From Octopus bimaculoides (Eukaryota): a DNA stretch of 64,000 nt. The stretch's first letter is position 1, and every line of letters starts with the position of its first letter. The translations under genes were made by a program, and so were the position numbers. The stretch lies in the NCBI RefSeq assembly GCF_001194135.2, contig NC_068983.1:149625706-149689705 (forward strand). The letters are read 5' to 3'. The notes under the pieces were generated by a model. The model made no database searches, was not told the origin of the DNA, and saw only the letters and a program-made list of their open reading frames with translations. Shown piece by piece: positions 12,232-26,900 of this stretch.

Positions 12232-13649
12232 TTTCTTCAATTTTGTTCCAATTGATTTCAAATTTGGTGCATTGATGTAGTTTTGTATGCTAATTATTGA
12301 CATGAAATTCATTTTCACCATAAATCAATAAATAAACAGTTAACAGCTTTTGCATATTTTGGGTAATTTTGGCTAATCAAAAACCATAGAGATGTAGGTG
12401 TCTGTTTCCATGATAACAAAATACGTCAATTCTTGGTCTTGATCTGGGTTTTTTTTTTTTCTTTTTTTTTTTTACAAATTACACTCAGATGTTGAGTTCA
12501 GAAGATGACAATGAGTATGAATCTTTTATTAGAAGCTTGGCTACATCAGATGAGAGCGCAAGCTTATCTGATAAAAAAATTTGTCAAGGTAATGTCTTTG
12601 TATGGCTGTAGTCCAATGATTGAAACAAGTAAAAGATAAAATTCACTAATATTTATGTCAATTATGCTGTGATAAATATTTTACTTCCCTACAGGTTGAA
12701 CCAATAATAAAAAAAACAAGAAAAAAAAACTAATGTACATATCTCTAAGTGTGTGATCTTGAGATTAAGGTGTTAACAACTATGCTGGTTTGGAGTCCTT
12801 CAAATTCATTCCTTTCTTTTGTAACTTGAATCTAACAATCTTTTTCTAACTCATTCTATTTGTTTAGTTTGGAACAGTGAAGTTCCTAAATCTACTGGTT
12901 TGAAGTTATAAGTCTTTCACAATCTCATTTTCAAATTAAACTGTTATAACATATAATCTATGTATCTATGTAAATGATATATTTCTGTACATGTGATATA
13001 TCTGTGTATTTAATTTAGGTTTGTATTTTACTATTAGTATTTAGAATTCTATATTAAATTGTAGTACTGTCAACTAGTGTTTTTCTATCCAGTTATATTC
13101 TGTTTACCGTATTATGAGTTGCAATGGCTCTTCATTGTAAATGTACGGTCAACTTATGAATGTTGTACCTATTTGTGTGAGAATGTTTACATTTATATGT
13201 ATGAAATACATGTATTTGAATATTCATATGGTTTAAAGCAAAAAGGAAAAACATTACAATTATACAGAAATTCAATAAAATGTGTTTATTATCATTGTAT
13301 ATACATAGGTAAAAAACAAAAACAAAAACAACAACAAAACAATTATCAACTAAACGATTTGTTGTTTGAAACCGACCTGTCTTCAGTTGATAATTTTCAT
13401 TGCTAAGCGGTGTTCAAAGATATTTAAGTGCTCTTTGACTGAAGACCATTTGCTTTGTGTTTTGAAATTTTAGAATCGTCTTAGACTTCCTATTTTTACT
13501 TTTTCTTTCATTAAGAATCAACTTGAAATGGCAACTGATGAATTAATATAACCCTTTTTTAAAATCAATAAATAAATTTAATTTATTATTTTATAAATAG
13601 CATATATATATTGTAATGTACTGTCTCTCCAACACAACATTTCATTCAC

Positions 13650-14320
13650 AGTTGTGTGGTCTTCTCTACCTAATCTGTTGCTACAACTTCTATTCTTTGA
13701 ACTGGTTAGTTGCATACCACCTCTACGCACCCATCTGACACCTGTCTTTTTGTCTCTTATCAGCCCTATTATGTTTCATCTCTTAGAACCTGCACTAACT
13801 GCTATACTTTCACTGAGCATCAGACTTCTGGAATTCGCTACCCAACTACATTTTTTTGTTCTTGCTCCCATATCTGGAACAGCTGTAGCTGCACACACAG
13901 ATATCCTAGACCATATCCACACTCCACCCTCTGCCTCATATGTGAGCTGTCTCTTTCCATTGTCTTGTCTACTGTTAGAATAATGGCCCCTGCACCTAGT
14001 TGGGCCCCTCCACTCAGGAATTTCTAACCCATCAATTTTCTTCCTATCACCACCCTCATTGTGTCCAACTCAACACAGACCTCACACTAACCACTACGTC
14101 CATAGTCCTTCCTTCCCAGAATGTTATCTCTCTGGAATTCTTACTACACATGTCATTCCCACTAGTGTTGATTTGCAATGGTTCAAGAGAAACATTAATA
14201 GCATCAATCTCACCGGTCTTAAAGGGCCTGCAAAGGCCATAGGCATTGTCCCCACTCCAGACTCAACAAATGTAGTAAAAACAAAAAAGTCAACTTACAG
14301 ATGTTCAAGTTAAATATCAT
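13650..14320 (+). mobile_element. Degenerate retroelement fragment, possibly Penelope-like
   Basis: C/T-rich coding-like stretch. The tail (NSINLTGLKG) loosely resembles the region preceding PLE GIY-YIG domains; no intact motif. Confidence 0.3.
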
Positions 14321-14924
14321 CTATAGTGATGGTAAAGGTCATGGACATTTCCCCTTGCTACAGAATTAACCCACAAAATATGAATAAAAAGAAATTAAGC
14401 ATTATAGAAACAAAAAGCTGTCTGTTAAAGATGCTCACTTGCTAATAAACTGATGTCTGGATCTAAGTTTAGTTTTGAAGACAAAACTACAAAGTGAAGA
14501 GTTGTAAGAATTTTCTCAATGCAGTATTCACATGTTCAAAAATCATCAAGCATTCAGTAAGCACTGGCCACTTAAAAGTATCATATAACCATATTACCTG
14601 GTTATCCAAGTTGAATAAATTACAGTTTGAGGAGTGGAAAATACTATATTGTTGTCATCATCACTTTTAATGTTCACTTTTGTCATCATAACTTTTAATG
14701 TTCACTTTTCCATGTTTACATGGGTCAACCAGAGTTTGTTGAGGCAAATTTTCTATAGTTGAATGACCTTCCTGTCACCAACACACAACTCACCTGTTTC
14801 CAAGCAAGGTAATATTTTCCCATAGACAGACATGTTCTCGCAGCATATTGGAAATGAATGATACTACTTGTATGAGAGTGACTCTCATTTACAATTATTA
14901 TGTGATATCAAGACAAGAAGACAC

Positions 14925-15090
14925 AAACATACATATATGATGAGCTTCTTTCTATCTACCAAATCCATTCATAAGGCTTTGGTTGACCTACGGCTATTGT
15001 AGAAGATACTTGCTCAAGGTGTGATACTGTAGAACTGAGTCCAAAACCATGTGACTGAGAAGCAAACTTCTTAATCACATAGTCACATGA
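14925..15090 (-). mobile_element. Octopus-type SINE 5' fragment
   Basis: Reverse complement of the SINE head and body (CTACCAAATCCATTCATAAGGCTTTGG). Confidence 0.65.
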
Positions 15091-18000
15091 CAGTTGAAAG
15101 ACATTTGAAATGAAACTGGGAGTTGATCTCTTGAGAAGAAAAGGAAAATTAATCCTTTAGATAAACCATTTGTAAGTATCTGGTTTGATATGTTTAAAAA
15201 ATCACACCTAGCATAATGTTTCACTTATTGCAGAAAATTTAGTTAAACAGAGGTATTGTCTTCACTAATAAAATACCACACCACTCCCAATGTATATAAA
15301 AACAGCATGAATGAACAACTGAAACTGTATCTGCATTAAGCCAGCTGAAAGATATTCTAGCCTATCAAGGAATGTGGCCCTGAATAATGATTGTGAACTA
15401 TCAAAAGTGAGCTAAGTTACCAAAAGAATTTAGAGCTAACAATAGGAATCGTGTATTTACTTTAGGAATCATCAAACCAAAGCGTAGCTCCAAACCAATG
15501 TATACTATGACGTGAGAGTGGCTGTTGGTTAAGTATGAAGTACTCTTAGTTTTTCTGGTGATTCTTCATTATTACCCCTCATTGCAATTAACTTTTTTCA
15601 TTAGCCCTATTGACAAGATGAAATGTAGAATGAAACATCATTCCAATTTATAATAAAGAGAGAATTCATACAAAATTTATGGATAATGACCATATAATAG
15701 AATTTTCAGAGAAAATCAAATTGTTGTTTTGCCATTGAGAATGTGATGCATGTGGTCATGAAATGAGTGAATCAAGGCAAAATCATGGAGGGGATGGGTA
15801 AACATTAATAAGGTCATTGCACAGATTGCTGAGAAAAAAAATTATTAGAAAGAATATATTGTTTGAGAACTGTAAATTAAATTAGAAGAAATAACTGAGA
15901 TTGTGTAGTCATGCAAATTCATGATTTTTTTCCCAACACAATTTGGAATGAGAGGTCATAATGAAAAGGCACTGTTCTTTTTAGATATTATATAAGTCAT
16001 CTCTGTTACAGATATGAATTACTTCCAGCATTGAATTTCCCTGTTACTAGTGCATTCTTACTGTATATCTGATATTCTTATTTGGCCATATATAGTCAGA
16101 AAAAGATTACAAAATCTCCTCTTCTATTGGCTATAACCCTTAGTAAATAGTTGGAGGAGTACATCAAGCTGTACCATCAGTATTTCAAGGGAAGACAGTT
16201 TACTATATTCCTCTGCTATTTTAAAATACAATTAAGTAGTTATAAATTGTTGTATGTTATACTTTCACAAAACCTAAAATGAGTTACAAGTGAAATTTCA
16301 GAATGTCAGTAAATAGTTTAATCTTGTTATTTTTCAGACTAAACTAACAATGTACACAAGGTAAGGAATAGTAGGTCTGAGAAGAAATTACATGATTAGA
16401 GGAAAAGGCAGTTTAAAGTTAGAGAATGTTATGGTACATGTAATATTATTGTTCCAAATTCATGGGAATCTCATACATTTTTATTAAGATTAATTGCCTC
16501 AAAGCTTACAGGAGATATCAAGTGAAAGCTTTCAGAGTTTATTCTATTTACGTATAGTAAACCTGCCCAAATGAACTCATCCCAAAATATTTATTTGGTT
16601 AATTGTGCCTGCAAATGATGACATCTGAGGAAGCAAATGGACTATAGGATTATTATTACATATTTCCATATATTACGGTGTATATTACATAAAATTGTAT
16701 GAAATGCATAACATGTATGAGATATGGAATAAAAATATAGTGTTTATGGAAACAAATTGTAATGTCAATTTGATTTCTCCTTTCCTCATTTAAATTATTA
16801 CTTTTATTATTCACTCTGTGGGGCTTATATTAAGCCTACTGGATCTTAACTTGGAGCTGTGTACTGGTCCCCTTTATATCAATTGAAGTCCAACATATCT
16901 TCTTTTGATTTTGGAACACTATGCTAGCCAGGATACTGCATGATGTACTAATTAAGCGATAGCTAGGGTTATAAGTACCCCCTTAATCTGTGTGTATGTA
17001 TCATCATCATCATCATCATTTAACATCTTCCATGCTAGCACGGGCTGCCCAGTTTGACAGGATCCATCGAGTTGTAGGACTGTGTTGAGCTCCAATGTCT
17101 GTTTTGACATAGTTTCAACTGCTTGGATGCTCTACCTGATGCCAACCACTTTATGGAGTGTACTGGCTGCTTTTTACATGGCACACACACATACATGCAC
17201 AGACACATAAATACAAGCACAAAAACACACACACACATATATAGTCTGTGCTGTAAATTTGTGTGTGTGTATTCTGATAGATAGATAGAGATAAAAAATA
17301 CTATAAGTAGAAATGTTTTGGGGGGAAATTACCCTTTTTAAAAAGACTACTTTTGTTAATTTTTTTTACAGTTGTTTTCTTTTCAAACAAAATTTATAAC
17401 AAACATTAGAAATAATAAAATAAAAGTTTATGGAAATTATAATTCAGAAATTCTACAGAAAATATTTTTTTTTCAAAGATCCAAAAAGTATTCCATAATG
17501 GAGAGACCATGGCTTGGGTAACAATTTCTGCAAGAGAGGACACTTGACTTCTTTGTTTTATTTTTTCTGGAGTAAGATTTTCAAAAAGTGCGTCAACTTA
17601 TTGCAACAAATATCTGATGGATGTAAAATGCACAATCAAAAGCTTGCAGTAGATTTATGCTTAAAAATGTAATAACTGTCACAGTTCAATGAGAGACCTA
17701 ATTCTCCATTTCATTTCAAATAAAAATTAGATTTGCTGCAAACTACAAAATGTTTACTACAAAGGCTTAAAAAAAGAAGCAAAAGAAAAAGAACAAAATG
17801 AAAGAAAAGAAATGAAATAAGGAAAAATTGCAAAATCTGTTTATATTTGCATCAAAACTACAAAAGGATCTAAAATATTCATGTTTTAATTGAGCGATGT
17901 AATACAGGAAAGCTGAAAGACATAATATGTACAGAAATATAGGATTTAGTGACAAATCAATACACATGTCAACTATAATCGATAGTTACTAAAATAGTTT

Positions 18001-18169
18001 TCATTATATTTTTTACATGGAAAAGGCCTTTTGCCTTTAATAGAAAGTATAGTTTGTACATGGAAATACAATAAAATTTTCAATAAAAGAATGTAACAGT
18101 ATAACGTAAAATTATATATGTATATGCACATTCAGACACAAAAAAATGCATATACACACACACACAAGC

Positions 18170-18354
18170 GCAAGTTTGGCTATGTAATCACAAAGTTCAA
18201 TTTGCAACTACACAACTTCAGGCTCGGTCCTATTGTATGGCACCTTCTACTATAGCCCTGAGCTTACTAATGCCTTGTGGTAGAGAGAAACTGAACCTAA
18301 GCTCATCATATGTACGTATGTGTGTGTGTATATGTGGATATGTGTGTGTGTGTG

Positions 18355-18400
<46 letters not shown>

Positions 18401-18630
18401 CACGCACACACACACACACACAAGAAGTCCATAAGCAAGCACTGAAATATTCAAGCTGAATACTCCCAATGCCAGTATATCTGCTGGCAGTGTAGAATGC
18501 AAGCATCCAATGAACAATATAATATACACGCACAAATGACAAATGAACATGCATACCCACATATATACATACATGGACATATTTATACATACATACACAT
18601 ATTAATACACACACACACACACACACACAC
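18170..18630 (-). mobile_element. SINE fragment running into (CA)/(TA)-type microsatellites
   Basis: GGCACCTTCTACTATAGCCCTGAG SINE body followed by compound dinucleotide repeats. Confidence 0.55.
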
Positions 18631-19336
18631 AATTTTTAGTACAAGCTGTATTTTCACAAGTTGTTATTCTGAGTTTTGTGATGCTAATTTTGTAAGGCGA
18701 TGAAGCAAGTTGCTGGAACAAAATGTCATATTCATGATATAGTGATAATTACACAAAAGAATGAATATATCAATTAAAAAATATTTGAATGATAATTATC
18801 AGCTGTGCAAAGAGTAAACCATTGGGTGACAATGGCTGCTATCGTTTTTGATTGGCTGATCATCTTTGATGATGTGACATAGAGAAGCAGATGTTAAAGC
18901 AATCAGAAAGCAAAAGTATGGGGGGGGGGCGTTGTGGTGTATGAGGTTAGGAAGCGGTGGGTGTTGGAGGTGCTTACACGTGTGATTGGATGATACTGTT
19001 TATGAAACCAATAATTGCCATTTATTTATTGACTTATTTAAGTAGTGCATAACTTGTGACATGAATTTAACTCAAATTTATAGATGATAGTGGCTATGTG
19101 ATACTTAGAGTAGCGACATGTGAAGTTACAGCTTTGACTAACAATTATTCCACTTCACAAACTGTACTGATCACTCTTCCACTTAATTGTATACATTAAC
19201 ATAATTTCTAATAATTATAATTTGCTGTAGCCATGTTAGTAAATTGCCATTACTGTTGCCACTGCTTCTACAGCGTTTCTATCGTACATACATACATACA
19301 TACACATCACACACTACAACAAATTATAGATATATA

Positions 19337-19371
<35 letters not shown>

Positions 19372-19414
19372 TTATGCAAAATAAAATGACAGGAAAAAAA
19401 ATCATTATCTTTAA

Positions 19415-19483
19415 TCACAGATGTTTTAATTCTGGATCATTTGCATCTTCCTGATTCAGTTTCAGATCGAAATACTTGAAATT
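19415..19483 (-). CDS. MS4A-like terminal coding exon
   Basis: TTGTTTTCACTTTGCAG acceptor; encodes NFKYFDLKLNQEDANDPELKHL; TGA at 19417-19415. Confidence 0.75.
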   Translation of the reverse strand, partial: NFKYFDLKLNQEDANDPELKHL

Positions 19484-21041
19484 CTGCAAAGTGAAAACAA
19501 TATAAATGAAACAAGAATCTCATAGAAGTCATGATAGTGATAGGATAGCAAGAAGGATGCACCATAGTAAGAGAGAGTGAGTGAGGGAGGGATAGTAACA
19601 GAGATAGGTGATAGTGAAAGTAGTAGTTATCAACTTGGAACATGGATGAAAGAGAATGCTAACAGTAAAGTGTGATAGAAGGTATTGAATGTGGAGAAAT
19701 TTGATGCCACAGCTCATTAGACGGGCATTGTTAACTCAAGGATTCATATGTGATAGACTCTCCTGGAAAAAGATCTAAACGCTTATAATTCATCCCATTT
19801 ATGATTTCATTTACCGAGGCTAATATAGCTCTTTCTTTATTTCATTCATGATTATTGATGCAAATATAGACATTTGGGTATAATTTTACTACCAGTTCAT
19901 TTACATAATGAGATTGATTTTTGCATTTAAGTGGGTGTTTGTATTAGTCAAGCTATTACCTAGAATTTGACCATTACCAGTTTGAAGTCATAGGTCGACT
20001 GTCGTGATTTGTTAATGTGCCTTGTGAGAGATGAAGCTTTAAGGCAAGCAGAAATTACCAGCAAGGAACAGTGGTATTTCTTTCCATAATGTAATTTTGT
20101 TTCTTATGTCTGTCAGTGTCTCAAGCAATATTTCAAGAGCAAGCTTATGGACAATTGTATATTCATTCCAGGCAATTAACTGACAACTGTATTGTTTCAA
20201 TCTCTGCATGTAAAGATGTTAGGCTTAACCCTTTAGCATTTAAACCAGCCATATCTGGCCCAAATATTTTACTTGTTTTATGTTCAAACCAGCCAGGTCT
20301 GGATTCTCACACCTACCTTACAATGTGCGTTTAAAAGTATACAATCACATTATCAAAATTTCAAAACTTGAGATAATGCATGATTAATTGAAAACCGAAT
20401 AATCTGAATGCTAAAGGGTTAAAGGAAGCTTAAACAAGGTTTTAACACCTGTTAAAAGTGTAATAGTTATACCAAAGGAAACTGCAGTAAGGGTTACTTG
20501 TTTGTTGACTTCTAACTTTGTCTAAGATCAAGATAATATGAAATGCCTCGCCAATTCATGGAAATGCATTTAAAAACTAATTTCAGGTTTCTTTTCAAAT
20601 AGAAACTATAAAGTGAGAAACTATAAAACCTTACCTTATCCAATAACTGAAGACAACAAGGACAAAACATGTGCATCCAGCGTTGAAATAACTGCAGCTC
20701 TCCAAAAAAAATCTGGTTTGCATATTGTATGAAGGCAGCAAGAGTGAAGAGAAGACCCAAAATACAGCTTACAGTTAGAAAAATGTGTGTTCCATACATG
20801 GAACTTTTTTCCTTAAAAGAAAGGACAATTAAAAAATTTGAAAATTAGATGATAGATTCAAAGTTTTTAAGATTAAAGTTTTAATTATGAATGAGATCTT
20901 GCAAGTTTAAATGAATCAGATAAGTTCGGTGTACTAAAATACAAAATAGTTTTATCATCTTCAGATAGTTGGTTGGGTATTTTCATATTGATTTATTGTT
21001 GTTGTTGTGTAACCCCAGAGGTTATATTCTTAATATATAAA

Positions 21042-21075
<34 letters not shown>

Positions 21076-23914
21076 CATGTATGTTGCTTATGGATTCAAA
21101 AACTGAGTTGCCGATTTTGACAAATGAGGTATCAAAAGATTCAGTAATCTTTCGGCTACCAAATAAAGTATGTTTTTTGCACAACTCTTTTTTTACTACA
21201 AAAATAACCTCGAAAACGAGGTTGGGGTGTGTGTGCACATGCACACACACGAATGTACCTGTATCAGTGAGAATGCTTACATCCTGAAATTGCATGAACT
21301 ACAATAGATGTTTGAAAAGCAAGAGCGCCTCGCTGTAAAATAATGCATCAACAATATGCATTAGTTTCATTCATTTTAGCTTGGAAAAATGCATTATAAA
21401 AACAAATGAACAAATATATTTGTATATCATAAAATTTGTTCTGACTGGGACTTTAGGTGAAACTTAATCTCAGTCAAAAAACGAATGTTATAAATTTGAC
21501 TCTACTTTCAGTATTGAGTCTTTCCATCAGTAAATATTCTGTTCGCATTCTTAAATTTGCTTTAATATAATAACCTTAATTTAACATTTACAATATATCA
21601 ATCTAAATACTTACAGGGTAACTTGACTTGGTAGTCCATTTAAGATTATAGCCAACAATCAAGAGGACAGTGAAAAATGCATACAAGATCAATGTAAGTA
21701 TGGTGAGATTCAAAAACCGTGACACCTAGGAAGTTGAAAAAATACAATAGAAAATAAATAAAAATATTTGTTTCATTCTTAGATGCAAAGCAGCTTTTTA
21801 AGAGGAATTATAGTAGGCAGATGCAATTTCAGTATATTATCATTGTCAGATAACTGGTGGAAATTGTTTTATGCATGGCATATAACCCCTTATAACTTAT
21901 TTATTTTTTGCAATTTTCAGAAAACTTTTGTGAACCTGTGCTCTACACACAGGGATTCATATGACTATACAAAAAAAAAAAAAAAAAAATTTAATTTTTC
22001 GAAATTTTTATTTTTATTTTTTTTTTATAATTTTTTTTTTTAAATCACAGTTTAAAATAAGGGCAGTCTGAATTTTTTGCTTAAATCCCAACAATAGACC
22101 ATTAAATGTGTTTATGGGGAGAGACAGTGGAAAACATCAGTATGTCAAAGTGACAAACAAACAAGGACAGTATGAGGTAGTCATGATATGTGCTAAAAAT
22201 AACAGCTAAATACTCCTTAAATCAAACAAAAATTTTTTTTTTTTGTTTTTGCATAGTCATATGATTTCCAGTGTGTAGAACACAAATTTGCAAACATTTT
22301 CTGAAAATTCCAAACAATCAAAACGTTATGCGGGATTATATGCTGTTTGTAAAGCAGAATTTCGACAGACATTCAACTGCAGAAAGAATGGTAGAAGGAT
22401 GAAACCTGATACAATAAAAGCATTCAATCAGACTCTTTTATTACTATCCCTCCTCCTCTAAGATACATGATAACAACAAATGCTACAAGCAAGTGGCTTA
22501 TAAAGATTTCATAGTTATACTATGACTTAATCAGAGATTATGAGTATTGAAATCATAACACATCTTGGAAGCGTTAAGATAGTCATTTAAAGCACACACA
22601 CACACACACACACACACAATCGTCGTTGTCGTCATCATCAAACATCTGTTTTCCATGCTGGCATGGACTGGATGGTTTGACAGGAGCTGGTTAGGCTGGG
22701 GGCTGCACCAGACTCCAATGTCTGTTCTGACATGGTTTCTATGGCTGGATGCCCTCCCTAATGCCAACTACTTTACAAAGTGTATTGGGTGCTTTTTACA
22801 TGTCATCAGAACCAGTGTATTTTACGTGACACCAGTACATATATACAATTATATATTTGTTTCATGATTTTGTATCATACAACTACCATCATTATCAACA
22901 ACATACTTTTACAGCCATTTTTTAATGTTTGAATAAGTTGGACATATCTAGCACAGCGTTTCACTACTTGTGATTCTTTGTGATGTTTAAACCTCTTGGG
23001 ATCAGCTTTTACCAATTCTTTCTGGGTTTACTATGGCTTTCCTCTCCCCAGGTTCCTTCGACTTGAATTTTTGGCACTTCTTTACCCAAATGTTATCCTC
23101 CATACACATCACATATCTGTACTAGCTGCCTTCTCTCTTGCATGCTTCATCTGATACTTCTTATGCCCAGTTTTTTTTGGGTTTTTTTTTTTTTACCTCA
23201 CAGCTCATTTATGCATTATTCTTGATATGAACTAACATTATGCATCTAGTGGATCATGCTCACCACATTTCTTTGAAGCTTTTGCACACACGCATTATGT
23301 AGTTCTCAAGAAGACCAGCCCATCTCAGTGAAACTGAAATTCTGGAAGCACAAATGTTTATAAATATGCACAATTGTGTCTCCACATCCAATATCTTGCT
23401 CAAAACATTCACTACACATCATTGCTCTAACTGAACTATTCACCTACCCTCTTTCTTTCATCCCAGTCTGCTGTATCAATACTATAAATATTATTAATAC
23501 TCCACTGCTTTTCATCACCTTACACCCTTTTCTACATCATCATCATCATCATCATCGTCGTTTAATGTCCGCTTTCCATGCTAGCATGGGTTGGACGATT
23601 TGACTGAGGACTGGTGAAACCAGATGGCAACACCAGGCTCCAGTCTGATTTGGCAGAGTTTCTAGAGCTGGATGCCCTTCCTAACGCCAACCACTCAGAG
23701 AGTGTAGTGGGTGCTTTTACGTGGCACCCGCACAAAGGCCAGTCAGGCGGTACTGGCAACGGCCACGCTCAAGATGGTGTCTTTTATGTGCCACCCACAC
23801 AAGAGCCAGTCCAGGGGCACTGGCAACGATCTCACTTGGCTTGCCGGGTCTTCTCACATACATTGTATTTAAAAAACACCATATGCCATACACTGCAATT
23901 ATCAAACAGTTAAA

Positions 23915-23955
<41 letters not shown>

Positions 23956-26900
23956 AGGAAAGTGTTGTATATAGTGCTCAGGTGCACTACAACTAAAAAA
24001 AAAACAAAAAAAAAAGGTCATCAGGTATGCTGTTGGTGGATTTCAGGAAGCATGGAAGTTTTGAAGAATGTAGTGTCTCAACAGTTTATTCCATGCTTCA
24101 GCAGTTCTGAGCATGGAAAAATGTTTCCAAAAGCCATGGGTGCTGTGTTGTTTTTTTGATTTTATAAGCATGTCCGCGAGTGTTTGCCATACGGAATTCA
24201 AAAAGGTATATTTTAAAGCTTATATTTACATGCTTAGAATGTATTTAATCCTGAAACAAAACAATAGCGTTGTGAATATATCATAAAATATTTCTGTTCC
24301 CCTAATTTTAAAGCTTTCAAAAAAACATGCATCGGTAATTTCCTTTCCTCTGCTTCCCTCAACTCATGTCTCATAGGTCACCCTTTAACTCTACTCGATT
24401 TCTGCAATTGTCATCTACTCTTTCCCACCTCTCCTACTTACCATTCCTCAACATTTGTTCTTCATAATGTTCACCCTCTCATCCATTCTTTATTCCTAAC
24501 CATCTTTCACTTTCTCATTACACTCTTGCAAACTCAACCCATCCACAGTTCTTGTTCTCTTATCCCTACTCATTTCTATTTACCTCATATCTCAAGGGTC
24601 CATACACTACGACACCTCATCACCACTATTTTTATTTCTTTCCAGTTCCACCTCAAACACTCACACTCATTCTTTTATATTGTGAGTAGCTGTGTAGCTC
24701 CCCTAAAAGAAACTTGTTCTGTTCTAGCCTTTTCTCTTTCACTCTAATCCCCTTGTCCCATAGCATAAAGCCACATTTCTCTCTACGGTAACTCCACTCA
24801 TTTGAAGGGGAGCTTCATCTGCACTCATCATTATCATCGTTTAACGTCTGCTTTCCATGCTGGCATGAGATGGACGGTTTGACTGAGGACTGGTGAGCCA
24901 GAGGTTGCACCAGGCTCAATCTGATCTGGTAAAGTTTCTACAGCTGTATGCCCTTCCTAACACCAACCACTCTGAGAGTGTAGTGGGTGCCTTTTACGTG
25001 CCACTGGCATGAGGGCTAGTCAGGCGGTTCTGGCAACGACCACGCTCAAAAGGTGTTTTTATGTGCTACCAGCACGGAAGCCAGTCAGGCGGCACTAGCA
25101 ACGACCACGCTTGAATGTTGGTTTTCACGTTCCACCGGCACATGTGCCAGTAAGGTGTTACTAGCAACAATCATGCTCGAATGGTGCTTTCATGTGTCAC
25201 CAGCACAGGAGCCAATCCGTGGTCCTGGCAACGATCATGCTCGGATGTGCTTTTAATATTCCACTGGCACGAGTGCCAATCAGGTGGTACTACCATCGGC
25301 CATGTCAGCGATTTTGGTTTGTTTACACTTGCCTCAAGCGGGGTACTCATAAATGGGCTGGTTACACCCACTGGCATAGGCCATGGGCTATGGTCTCACT
25401 TGGCTTGTCGGGTCTTCTCAAGCACAGCATATCTCCAAAGATCCTGGTCATTAGTCATTGCCTGGTAAGTCCCAATGTTCGAAGGTCGTGCTTCACCACC
25501 TCATCCCAGGTTTTCCTGGGTCTACTTCTTCCACAGGTTCCCTCAACTGCTAATAATAATAATAATAATAACTGCCCTGATGCACTACCAGGCAGTGGCT
25601 CTCATGGCTTTTGATCTTAACTGATTGGAAGTGTTATCATGTACATTGTTTTGTCTTGGTATAAAAGATGGGCTACAGCAAATATTCTGCTCAATACCAC
25701 AGATTTGCTTGTCAATTGCTTGACCCTCACCAGTTGAGCATGACCCTTGGTGGCTGATGATACGTGCATTTCTGATCACGAGCAGAAGTAGTGGGGGAGC
25801 ATCATAGCTATGTGTTGAGAGGAATTCTTTGGGGTGTGAATAATTCACCTCTGGAAACATGGGTGTTTTGTTCATCATCCTTAAGCAAACCTTATTAAGA
25901 GACCTTTTGAGTGCCACCTGAAAGGTCATGTGCTGCATATCTTGATATGAGATTACCATATCATGCATATATGGTTGTGATGTATGTGCCTGGTGTACCC
26001 TTATCAGACAGGTAGTCACGATGGGTATACTGGGCTTTGTATATTTGTACCCCAATGTTACTTTGATGGCATGCACTGCTCTTTCACTCAATAATAATAA
26101 TAATAATAATAATGAAGCATGGCAACCTCACTATGCAAAAGCACCCAGTACACTTTGTACAATACTTGGCATTAGGAAGGGTACCCAGCCATAGAAACTA
26201 TGCTAAAGTAGACATTGGCTTTATTCATTGGATCCTATCAAACTGTCCAACCCATACCAGCTTGGAACATGGCTGTTAAATGATGATGATGATGATGATA
26301 ACGTAAGACTTCCCTATGAGGCAAATCTGCAAACCTTATAAGAATAAATTTATTCTATGATAAATCTTTAAAGAAAATTTTTCAAGACTCATGGTTGTTC
26401 TTAAATACTTTATCTATTACACTTGTGATATATTCCAACTTCAGAAATTTGTGGAAATCAGTCATTAATTCTAAACACATGAACACTTAGTCTGAGTTTT
26501 AGTTACTAGATTTATAAATTCATTATTACATCTACATTTAAGGATTCATTGAAAAAGAGCATAGTTGAAAAAAAAAAAAAACCTAAAAAACAAAATTAAT
26601 TATTGACTGCAAAAGAACAATGCTGTTAATAAAGTGCTTTATTATTGATAACACTTACTGTTGTCAAGCGTTGACTTATAGATGCTCGGATTGCTGTACT
26701 TCCAGTAATGACAAGCTAGATAGGGAAAGAAAATTCAAATGAAATTTTAAGCCAGTCAAACAATATTTAAATTAATGTTAAATGAAGTGAGTGGCATTTA
26801 CTGAGTAGTATAAGAATGAAGCATGTTTGCAGTTGTCTACCTACTTACAGAAATGATTAAACTCATAGAGTTAATGTTGTCTTTTCTTTACTGCACAATT

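Noticed and set aside
18230-18703. Cluster of ORFs rich in HT/CV dipeptides
   Set aside because: Translations of (CA)n/(TG)n microsatellites.
24990-25400. Regularly spaced GGCAACGATC...GCTCG units suggestive of a CRISPR-like array
   Set aside because: The spacers are themselves similar, and the units are part of the RTE 3' UTR seen in several other copies.
25585-26091. 168-aa ORF
   Set aside because: Lies in repeat-like sequence bounded by (TAA)n tracts; no recognisable domain or splice support.
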